Source: Gekko japonicus
Lineage: Eukaryota
DNA: 64,000 bases
Assembly: GCF_001447785.1 (NCBI RefSeq)
Contig: NW_015177023.1
Location: 884,531 to 948,530 of the forward strand
Direction: 5' to 3'
Shown here: piece after piece, positions 25,936 to 36,829 of the stretch
How the letters are laid out: each line of letters starts with the position of its first letter
Position numbering within the stretch: position 1 is the first letter of the stretch
Position numbers and translations under genes: made by a program
Notes under the pieces: model-generated
The model's database searches: none
What the model was told of the DNA's origin: nothing
The model's input: only the letters and a program-made list of their open reading frames with translations

Positions 25936-27054
25936 AGGTGGCAGAGCAGCTAGAGACATTGAGCGTCAGCTCCACGAGTGATGAGCGCGCAAGCCCCGCT
26001 CCTAGCAGCCCTCAGGCCAGAGCACCTGGAGCAGTCTTGGGAGGCGGATTGGCAAAAAGCAAAACCAAAAGAATAGGAACTCGGGAGAACTCCAGGAATG
26101 GAGCTGGCTCCTCTTCCACAGCTAAAAACGCAACCCACGAACCCTGAGCTTGCTTTTTCTCATTTGCGAGGCTGGCCTCCGCGCTCCTTTAACGAGGCAG
26201 CCCTGAAGCATGGGGCAGCGGGAGTTTCTTTGCACGCAGCTTGTGCGGCTGGCCGAGTGCCTCTTCTGCTTGCCCACCTCTCGCTTCTGCACCTCATCCT
26301 CTGCCAGGCATGGAGGAGTCCAGCTCGCCCAGGCTTCCTGCCTCCTGCTGCCATGGCCCTCTGGTGCACGGGTGAGTCCCCAAAACTTGAATCTTCCTCT
26401 ACAAGTCTCTGGCGCTGGAGGTATTCGCCTCTTTGCCTCCTGCCTGCTATGGCTGCATAACTGTGAGAGATTTCTGAACATTGTGTTCCTGCCAGGGAAT
26501 CTGGGGACCCTGCCCATGAATCTCCATTTCATCCTCACAACAACCCTGTGGGGTAGGTTAGGTAGGAAAGGGGAGACTTGGCCTGGGGTCACTCAGCCAG
26601 CAGAGTGAGAATACAAACCTGGGTCTCCCAACGTCAATCTGCAACTCTGACTACTGTACAGTGCTGCCTCTACTGATCTGTAATGTTTCAGAGGTGTCGT
26701 AATGTAATACTCAGTTTCTCAAATGAGTGTATGCCTGTCTGTTGATCCACTTAGGAGTCTTGATCCTGGTTGTGTGGTGGGCTAGTCGTGGCAAATGGTG
26801 GGGGAACTCAGTATTTCTGTATACAGTTGTAGGGGCTTTATTTATTGCAATGTGGTATGGCCTGATATTCTTATTCCGGTGTGGGGTGTGGGGGGGGGCA
26901 ATGAAAGCTGAGTGATAGGGTCTCTCCAAGTGATTGCCAGAAGTGAGATGCGTCCTGATCTTGTGTCTTACAGATAATCTTACAAATAGTCCTTTGCATT
27001 TATATCATGCTCTCAACTTTAAAAGGATCATAATGCTGATAGTATGAACTTAGG

Positions 27055-28004
27055 CAAATCACAAGAGGTAGGGCAGGAAGGGTTGCATCAGTGCTTAGCT
27101 CTTGTAGCCCTTTCTTACACGCCCAGGGAAATGCTGATTGCCACTTTGGGGCCAGGAAGCAATTTTTCTCCAGGCCAGTTTGACCCCCAGTGATCTTGGA
27201 GGTTTTTTGTCATCTTCTGGGCATGGAACAGGGTCACTGGGGTATGTGGGGGGGGTATTGGTGAATTTCCTGCATTATGCAGGGGGTTGGACTAGATGAC
27301 CCTGGAGGTCCCTTCCCACTCTATGGGTGAGTTCAGATGGGGGATTTACAATGGTATAGGTGCCAGTTCCAACCGGTGTACTTACCAGCATTCACACGGC
27401 GAACATCTGCCTCCCGTCCCTAACCGTTGTAAATCCCTTTATACCACTGCACTCTGCCACTAGGTCCCCAAGTGGTGGTATCCTGAGTGCAACGGTTGCT
27501 TTCGATGTACCCCAGTGTCTGATCGCTCTCCTCCGTTGCACAGCCACTTCCGCTCGGAAGCCTGAGGCTTCCGATTTTCGCCCGCCATTTTTTTTAAAGG
27601 ACGGCAATATGCGCTTGGGCGAAGCTTCGCCCTGGCGTTTGTTTAAAAAAGAAAAGAAAAGGGCCTTAGTTTAGCATTTCGGAGGCGTCTGGGACCTCAG
27701 GGAGGCTACTTTGCTCTTTAAACTTTAAAGGTAAGTCCTTACCTTTAAAGTTTAAATGTCAGACAGGGTTTTTTGCGCATGCGCGAAGATCGCCATTCTA
27801 TGGATGGCTGCCTATGCGCATGCACAAACTAAGTTAAAAAAAAACAAGTTGACGGGCGTGTGGACGGGCGTATTGCGATGGGCTCCGCTGTGAGGGAGGT
27901 GTGATCGCGTTTCAGCCGGCATAAACTGCACCGGTTCCAACTGGTACAGTTTATGCCGGCTGAAATGGCGCGTCTGAATGCACCCTATGAGTCTATGATT
28001 CTAT
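27055..28004 (+). mobile_element. CR1-type 3' UTR interrupted by a MITE
   Basis: ...gcagggggttggactagatgaccctggaggtcccttcccactctat|MITE|gagtctatgattcta. Confidence 0.7.
27325..27985. mobile_element. PIF/Harbinger-like MITE, CpG-rich
   Basis: TIRs gggtgagttcagatg / cgtctgaatgcaccc and 3-bp TSD TAT. Internal hairpins aactttaaaggtaag..cttacctttaaagtt and cagccggcataaactg..cagtttatgccggctg. Confidence 0.75.
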
Positions 28005-28248
28005 AATTCACCCAGGCTGGCTGTCAGCACGCCAGCCCCTATTTCAGGCAGAAGCGCCTGAGATCCTTCCCCCCTCTTTTCCTTCGCCACGCTTGGAGGC
28101 GAAGGAAAGGGAGAAAAGAATGGATCCCAGGTGTTTCTGCCTGTCAGAGTGGTTGGTGCACACTTCCGGTGATGTCAGGGGGTGTGGCACATGCTAATGA
28201 GTTATGCTAATGAGCTCCTGCATCTCTTTTTCTATGAAATGACCCCTG

Positions 28249-28620
28249 GTCTCAACCATCCAACGACAGCATTCAGCGCCACAGCCAGAATATCTGGAGT
28301 GGCGTCTGTCTGTCCGTCCATCCATCGATCAACAGATACAGCTGAGTGTCATCTGCATATTGGTGGGAACCCAGCCTGAAACTCTGCACCAACTGGGCGA
28401 GGGGGTGCATATAGATGTTGAACAACATTGGAGAGAGGACTGCTCCCTAAGGAACCCCACACACCATGGGGTGTCTGGGTGACATCCTCTCTCCTAGCAC
28501 CACCCTCTGTCCCCTACCCTGGAGGACTGAGGTGAGCCACATCAAGGCTAACCCATGAACTCTTATGTCGGCAAGGTAGTAGGTCAACAAGACCAGTGCT
28601 TTTTAAATGGAACCCACTGG
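28249..28620 (-). mobile_element. L2 LINE RT portion, continuation of 20270-21212
   Basis: GSLGSSPLSNVVQHL/LSPMLFNIY and HQYADDTQLY motifs. Joins the left piece in frame across the 8-bp TSD (..VGWLRQRWLRLNPSKTE). Confidence 0.88.
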
Positions 28621-31358
28621 GAACTTGCAGCTGCAACATGGCTGAGAATCCTTGCAATGGACTCACCTACCTTGTAACATGCAGTTTTGCCTAGTACATA
28701 AACTAGTACATACAGGTATTGATATACTTGGGGTGAGGAGTGATCAGTTTACTAAGGACAATCAGTGATCAGTTTACTAAGGACAATCAACTATTTCTCC
28801 TTTTAACTGGAACCAGGAAAATGAACAGATTCTTTTGGCAAATATCTGAAAACAGGGACCAAATTAGTTTAAATAAAATGCAGGTCAACCCAGGTACAAT
28901 GGAAAACAATTATGGCACTTTCACTCATACCACCTGTTTCAATGATGGGGTTCAGAAACAGAAAGTACACATATGTGTCTGTTCTGGAGTACACTGTATA
29001 TGTACATGGCACTGCTCAGGTAGTAGATGCCATCACAAGAACTATTTATCATCTTTGGCTAATCTGACAGCTGTATCCTCTCTCAGAAAATGATCTAGCC
29101 ACTGCCACACATTCCTTAGTAATATTCATATTAGTGCATTCTATGCAGACTCATTTTAAACACAGTTTGGAACAGACTTGGATTAACTAAATCCAAAATG
29201 CAGCTATGTGATTACTAACTATAGCCACAAATAACATCCACCAAGGGAAGACCATCCACAATTCACAACTCTGTGGATGGTCTTCCCTTGGTGGGTGTTA
29301 TTTGTGGCTATACTTGTACGCTAAGGGTTCCCTATTGTCTTTGACATTATGTGATTACTAACTGGCATTACATGCATTGACCATGTAATGCCAGTACTTA
29401 AGGGAAACGCAGCTGCCAATTTGTTTCCAGGCTAAATTCGAGGTGCTTGTCTTGGCCTCTAAAACTCAACACCAATTGGGTCTAGGATTAGGGTATTTTA
29501 GAGGACCTGGCCTCTCACATGAGCTTTTCTGCCCTTTAAAAAGAACCTGGTATGGAAGGCCTTATTTGGCCGAAGCAAGGTTTATCTACTGGATGTAGAG
29601 TGTTTTTTTGTGATGGCACTCTGCTTGTGAAGCCCTCTCCTTTTGACACTGATACTGTTTCATTTCTTTGGCCTAAAGAAAAGTAAAGACCTTTTCTTTT
29701 GACCAGGACTTCATGGATTAAGTTTTTAGCTGCTATAGGGTATACTACTTGCAGCTGATTTTAATATTTTATTGCGATTGTATATGGAGAATTTGTTAGA
29801 AACTCTCTCAGCCTTAAATAATCAGAGTTTTCAAGGGAAGTGCTGTCATCTTCTGTGCATCTCACACACACCCCTTTTTACTTTTTGTGTATGCTTATAT
29901 TGAGATATCGATATCATGGCTGCATTTCTGAAAAATGGCACTAAAAGTCAATATAGCATTGTATAGGTTTAGCAAGTTCTATGAATTTCCAGCTTTCATT
30001 TAAAAAGTCTCTACCCCGTCCCTCAGGAAGACATAAGGAAAAATTGCTGAAAAGGAATGTGGACAATTTCCCCTCTGGAAACTATATAATTTGGTCACTG
30101 ATCTGATGTTTGGCCCCATTTTATCTTATGTTAATAACATGGAAAGCATTATAATATTTTACAGATGGCACTTAACTCTCACTAATTTAAGAAAATGTGT
30201 CTCACCTTTTTAATGATTAGGAAGTGTCATCTTTTTTGTTTTTTAAGTGCATGACTTATGAATTGAAGTTCATACAACAGCTCCTAAGCTATTGATATGT
30301 TTAGGGAAATCAGTTAATATTAAGGATGCTAACCCTTTAACGAAGTTACTGTACCCACTAAATTAATTAGACAACGTTCAGCTCTGGAAGACCAGAGTAA
30401 TCCTTTTAGTCTGTGACCGGCTAAATAGGCCATGTCACAATTCGGAGTTAATCAAATTGTCAAATTATGTCAGTTTCAGAAAACTGGCATCTATTTCCAA
30501 GAAAACATACAGGTACTTAATTATATATGACTGAAAATCCTGGCTTAAGTATTGAATCAAATGTTTTATTCACCCAATTAAGAATGTCTTTTAAAAATAC
30601 ACATTGGACTATTTAACAAGGCTTAAGTTTGTCTTTCCTTCTCCAGCTATTGTCGCAAGAACAAAGACAACAAATCTTCAAATTAAATCCTCTCCAACCC
30701 ACCTGTGCATCTTTAACAGAGTCTTTCTATATTGCATACTATACCTGCATAGAGAATTAAGATACGAGATTATTCAGCCCTTGTTTCCCAATACTAGTTG
30801 CCATGTCTGTGGCACCCAAAATTTGCACCACTGAGATCATGAGAATATAATCATCAGAAGCTGCTGTCTGTGTACAGCTCTGCTCATGCTACAATTCTCT
30901 ATGCAATGGAATGGACATCTTATAAGATCACTTTCAACATCAACATTAATGCAGCACTGAAAACAATAGTAGATAACTGCTCTGCTCCATGTTAGCATGA
31001 TGGAAGGATCCCTCTGAGAATTCAACATCAATAAGGCTATCGCTCAGTACTTTCCATGCAGAAGGTTCTAGATTCAATTCCTGGCAACTTCAGTTAGCGG
31101 GAAAGTTAGTGCCAGTCAAAATAGAATAGCATAAGCTAGACAGACCAATGATTTGATTTGGAATAAGGCAAGTTCAAATGTTTAGGGCTCAGTCTTACCT
31201 TTCTATTTATGTTGTTAGAATTCATCCTGTAGTTTGCATTTACTTTTTTATTTATCAAATGTATAATGCACCTCTTAACCAAAGCTCCTGAGGGAGCTTT
31301 TACTAGAACTGGCTTCTATCAAGTCAACAAGATTGATATTTAGTTTAAGACATATAGG

Positions 31359-31690
31359 TTTCCCTTGCTCAAAAGCCAGTCAAATCCGACTCTAGGGATG
31401 CAGTGCTCATCTCCGTTTCCAAGTCGAAGAGCCAGCGCTGTCTGAAGACGTATATATGGTCATGGCCATCATGACTAGATGCCAAGGCACATGGAACGCT
31501 GCTACCTTCCCACCGAAGCGGTACTTATTTATCTACTGGCAATTTCTTGCTTTCGAACTGCTAGGTTGGCAGGAGCTGGAACCAGAGACGGGAGCTCACT
31601 CCGTCATGCGGCACTCGGGTCTTGAACTGATGAACTACTGACCTTCCAGCCTGCAGTTCAGCATCTTAACCACTGAGCCACCGCAGCTCC
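31359..31690 (-). mobile_element. Sauria SINE (Squam1)
   Basis: Reverse complement of 10586-10936. 15-bp TSD TTTAAGACATATAGG at 31344-31358 and 31691-31705. Confidence 0.92.
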
Positions 31691-31710
31691 TTTAAGACAT
31701 ATAGGGCCCC

Positions 31711-33038
31711 TGTATAGAAATATTGCTTCTATATCCACATGCCTTCTCCTGTGATGTCTTTTGATAACATGCTGTGTCTTGTTTCCTGTAGCAAGCCAAT
31801 TGGTGAGGCCACATGGCCTCAATAGCCATGCCATAAACCCACATTCTTTCACACTTTCGTGCCAAACGCCAGGCCTCATGGCTACATTTTCTGGTCCATA
31901 TGCGACTAGTCACGTAGACCATGAAGTAGCTGGAGTTTGGGGTCAGATGACTGCAGGCGGGGTCCCAAACTTATAGCCTATCCCCACACGCAGCTATGGC
32001 AACCAATAATTGGGCACACCCATGCCCACTCGCAATTGGCTGATGACCACATCTAATTTGTGACTGGAATTGGGGTATAACTGTTTTGATCCCTATGGGA
32101 GTGGGCTCTCTCTTAGCTCTCCCTTCCTCCTTTTGTCATTATCTGTTTTATGGAACCTGAAATGCTGCCTCTTGAGAGACAAAGAGTTGCTTTGTGACTT
32201 GGAGCACATGGCTGTGCAAAAATGGGATTTCCCTTCAAAATCCCTTGGTACTGGGACTATCTTGGACTGATGAATACTCCTGACGTGGTAACTATGAATC
32301 AAACAGCCCTAGCCTTTGTGATTTTTTTTTTTTTGTAATCTCTGGTAGTCTATGCTAAGCTCTGTACTGAATAAAGATCCTCCTTATTGCTAAATTGGTT
32401 TTGATGTTGTAACTGAATTCCAAGTCTAAGCCTGGTGTCTAACCCTGACCACATATGCTACCTTGGTAAGAGTGTGCATCTCTAGATAGAGTTGCTATTG
32501 TGTTAAATCCCAGATGCTAACTAAGGGTTGGAATCTCTCCCTTAGGAAAGCCAGGGACTAGTGAAAAGAGGTTCTGGTGGCAAATTGTTGTGAAGACCAG
32601 AGATGTACAGGATTCCCTCCCATTCCTGGACTGGCATAAGTGGGCTAATCCCTGTAAGTAAAGGTAAAGGTTCCCTTGCTCGAAAGCCAGTCGAGTCCGA
32701 CTCTAGGGTTGCGGTGCTCATCTCTGTTTCAAAGCCGAAGAGCCAGCGCTGTCCGAAGACGTTTCTGTGGCCATGTGGCCGGCATGACTAAACACCAAAG
32801 CGCACGGAACGCTGTTACCTTCCCACCGAAGTGGTACCTATTTATCTACTTGCAATTTCTTGCTTTCGAACTGCTAGGTTGGCAGGAGCTGGAACTAGAG
32901 ATGGGAGCTCACTCCATCATGTGGCAACTAGGGTCTCGAACTGCTGAACTACTGACCTTCCACAGCCTGCAGTTCAGCGTCTTAACCACTTGAGCCACCG
33001 CAGCTCATAACTGGCATAAGTGGGCTAATCCCTGTACA
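31711..33038 (+). mobile_element. Solo LTR related to the Gmr1-like LTR, containing a Sauria SINE
   Basis: TGTA...TACA ends and 5-bp TSD GCCCC. AATAAA near 32370. Shares blocks with 21515-22482 (tgtatag.aatat, ggttctggtggc, cccattcctggactgg). Confidence 0.85.
32657..33009 (-). mobile_element. Sauria SINE (Squam1)
   Basis: (AAAGGT)n tail and full body. 27-bp TSD ACTGGCATAAGTGGGCTAATCCCTGTA at 32630-32656 and 33010-33036. Confidence 0.93.
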
Positions 33039-34816
33039 GCCCCTCAAAAAAGGCTATTCAGTCTTTCAAAACTGATCAGGATATCTGAAAGATACCATAA
33101 AGAAATGCTGTCGTATTTGAAGAAATATTAACAGCTAGCAAGAAAGAGAAACCTACATCTACTAAACAGACCTAAGAATACTTGCCTAAAAGTCAAACAC
33201 CAGTGTCTTTTTAGAAGCAGCTTTGATTTTGTCTCCTGAGTGAATTTACAAATCATTCTTGAAATTCTTAAACAGTGTGCTAAAAGCGTACATTGCAATG
33301 TAGGGATCTGTCTAAGCATTGGGAATGCAATATCAACGAATGATGTGAAGCATTAGTGAACATAGATTCGAGTCAGGCTGCACCAGACTCATTGAAATGT
33401 TCTTATTTAGGACTTGACACAGCACCCAACTAATGTTATTTGCTGTTCTTTGTCTCTGTGTGTCAGACAATCCCTCAAACAATAATCTTAAACTTTATCA
33501 GAATCACATAATTCATTGCTTGGAGATGAGGCACTTGCTGTGATTCTCCCACAATCTTAAAAAACAACTGTGACTAACATGCTGTCAAGCATTATGCCAC
33601 TTTTGAAAACAAAGTTGATTTTAACACACCCGTGAAATGATGTAGTATTATTTGCTTTCCTCTTAATCAAGAGGGAGGGGGAAATCATAATTCAGTCATT
33701 CTAATGGATTTGCAGCTTATTAGAGTGGATTAAGGGGGCTATTGAGTACAATAATTAGAATTTATATCCCATTACGTTTGAGTAAATTTGCCTGCATTCC
33801 AAAATACTAAAAAAAGATTTTTGCTACTGGAAGCTTCTGTTTTTAAAACTCTATCCTTGAAAATGTAAGACAAGCCATGGAATCGCAGGTCATCTTATTT
33901 TTAAGAAGTTGTTAAAATACACGTTTGATATTTTGGTTTTCTTTTTAATCTATATAGCAACAGAAAATAATCTGCCACAACTGACAAACAATTTAAAAGG
34001 TGATAAAGTGTTTTCCTTGATCTTCTCTGTGGTCCAACAAAATAGTTGCTAATGCAGTTACTGTGGCATTTTGCCCAACAGCATAAATGTCACAATTTGG
34101 CTCATCTTTCAAATAGGAAAACACAGGTTCAGGCGAAACTATTTGGTTAAATGTAAATCAAACAAACAAACCCAAATTGCCTTGGAAGTACAGAAGCTTT
34201 ATGCAGTAACCTAAAAACTCCACATTTCTTGGTTAAGAGAAAAATGCTGTTCAAACAAATTACAAAGATGATCTCACCCCAATGGTAACAAGAGGGGGGG
34301 GAAATTACTTACAAAAATACAAGCACATCTTACTGACCCCGAGTCTGCCTTGGTGGGGAGGGAAGGGTATAAATTGAATAAATAAATATTCATGTAGGTA
34401 CATTTAACTTATTGTGAACAGATTTATTTCAAAAAGGTTAACTTGCTACAGTTCCAAGCCCAGGAAAGAGAGGAGAAGTCCTACACAAGGTAAAACAGAA
34501 GGCAATCAATGGCCAAAGAGGCTCAGCATCTACCTGATCAGAGGGTGGGGCTAACTGCCCAATGTACCTGAGAGCAAGAATTCTCTTAACCCTTTCCCTC
34601 CCAGATTCTCTTGCATGCAGAGTTACAATAGCTAACAAAACTGACCTCTCTATCCCATTTCCAGCTTTATAAAACACACTGCACTGCTTCAAGTGAGATG
34701 TTCACTGACACACACCCCCAAGAACTTTTTTAAAAACTGACCACCACAACTAGAAGAGGTAGAGAGATCCAACACTTTAGGAAATAATGAATTATTAAAT
34801 TCCTGGGACAGGGAAA

Positions 34817-35107
34817 AGAGGAAGAGAAGAAGAGATTGGATTTATACCCCACCCTTCACTACCCAAAGATGTCTCAGAGCGGCTTACAAACTCCTTTCCC
34901 TTCCCCGCCCCACAACAGACACCCTGTGAGGTAGGTGGGGCTGAGACAGCTCTGACAGAAACTGCTCTTTTTTCAAGAACAGCTCTGATCAGAGCTATGG
35001 CTTGCCCAATATCATCCAGCCAGGTGCAACTGGAGGAGTGGGGAATCAAACCTGGTTCTCCCAGATTAGAGTCCGCTCACTTTAACCCCTACACCAAACT
35101 GGCTCTC
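34817..35107 (-). mobile_element. Squam3-type SINE, full length
   Basis: Reverse strand starts gagagccagtttggtgtaggggttaaag..actctaatctgggagaaccaggtttgattccccactcc (tRNA A/B boxes) and ends in a (TCT)n tail. Confidence 0.85.
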
Positions 35108-36401
35108 TTGTGTAAAGTTAAAGTTAGAATGCACCACATTCAACATGGTAACTATATACACTCTAATCACAAATATATTTTAATACATTACAATTCCTGG
35201 CCTGTTCAGTTTAAGAAAACTGGAAGCAGAAAACTTAGGTCAAGCAACCAAGGAATGAATATGCAGCTTTAAAACATAAAACAGAATGTTTATTTGGCCC
35301 CCTGCCTCTCCAAGCAGCTTGTTAAAAACAGGGAAGCTATATATCCTATTCTGACACCTACAAATGCATAAATGTGGTATGAGGTATGGAGAGGTATGGT
35401 ATGAGGTATGGAGACGGGCATGTTGTTTGTAATTAGTATTTACTTTGCCCAGGAATACTTTTCAGCAGCTCCTTATACAAAGTCCCATTGGATATACCCT
35501 ACTGGGCAAATTATATTTTCCATGAGTTAACAATGAAGAATTAGACCAAAGTCTACATAGAGCTGTTCAAAATCTTAACCATCTTTGTAGATCTAAAAAT
35601 GGTGGATCCATGTTACAGAGAATATCTTGTGGAACACAACCAAATTTTATTTATATTGACGGTAAGAGGGGGAGTAGCAGCATTTGTCCATTTCCACCCC
35701 TGAGATTAGGACTTTCTCTTGTGGCAGCTCCACTGAAAACAGATGAATGGCAGAAAACACAACTGTCAATAAGGCTGGTGCAGGTGGTGTTCTAAATGGG
35801 GTCTGTTTCAGATGCAAGTTGGCTGCTTTTCCACATATTTCTCCCATATCAACAGTTGGATTTTAGGTTTGAAAGCTACATATTTATAATTGAAAAAATG
35901 CTACCCTTAAATTCCAATAACTGTTATCATTAACAAACATATGTTTCTCAGTTTCTATCCTAATGACCAATAATGATGTTAAGTAATAACAAGCCTAACA
36001 TCAACCCCTCTATGGATGTCTTCCAAAGTGACAGATTGTTATTCATTATCTGTCTAAACATTCCAACTGTTATTAATTAAAAAAATATTATTGTGCATTT
36101 CAACTTTGTACAGAGATTTCAGATGGCTGTACTTGTTTAAAATGGAAAAAGAGAATCCTAAAATGAAACATTCCCACTAAAGAAAAAAAGTGATTTAAGT
36201 TATTGTAACATCTGCATAAAGTCAGCAGATTTGAAGGAAAAATTCAGAAAGGAGTTAAATGAAAGGTGTATGTGTACTGCGAAGCAAGTATAGAGTCAAT
36301 GAACAGAACAGGCACATGCAAATAGTAGTTCACATCAGGCTGGTTCTCCATAATCCCAGGGAATTTGCTAACAAACACATGAAGCAAATGTTGATATCAG
36401 C

Positions 36402-36829
36402 CAGGGCTATTTTGGGGCAGGAACGCACAGGAACGGAGTTCCAGCTGGCTTCAGAGTTGGCCACGCCCACTACAGCCAAAACCTCTGTGTGCGCGGCTAC
36501 AGAGGGAAGGCCTGGAGAGCAACCCCCCCAGCAACTCCAAGGTGGGCGGGCCAGGGGGTTCCCTGGAAGGATCGGGGAGGCATTTAAATGCCTCCCCGTG
36601 CCTTCCCCAGCCTGTCCAAGGGCCAGCTTGTCCGAGCTCCCTGCAGCTGTGGGGCACCCGGGCAAGCCAAGGGAAGGCAGTTTAAACTGCCTTCCCTTCC
36701 CTTCAAGGGAGAGGGTTGCCCGGGCTCCACGCAGCCGTGGGGTACCCAGGCAAGCCAAGGGAAGGCATGGGGTGTGGCCTAATATGGTAATGAGTTCCTG
36801 CTGGGCTTTTTCTACAAAAAAAAGCCCTG
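36402..36829. mobile_element. hAT-type MITE
   Basis: TIRs cagggctattttt / aaaaaaagccctg with near-TSD gatatcag / gatatcac. Contains units related to the 25265-25935 array and ggggtgtggcctaatatg near the right end. Confidence 0.75.

Larger units (their letters stand above)
21213..28248. mobile_element. 7-kb hAT-bounded non-autonomous composite element with nested TEs
   Basis: Left and right ends match the two ends of the 265-bp MITE at 59975-60239. 8-bp TSD gttacaac / gtctcaac (6 of 8 match). Interrupts an L2 cleanly. Confidence 0.8.

Noticed and set aside
31199-31226. Possible minus-strand micro-exon with AAG|gtaaga donor
   Set aside because: In phase 1 it gives an immediate TGA stop and shows no similarity to CHST9.
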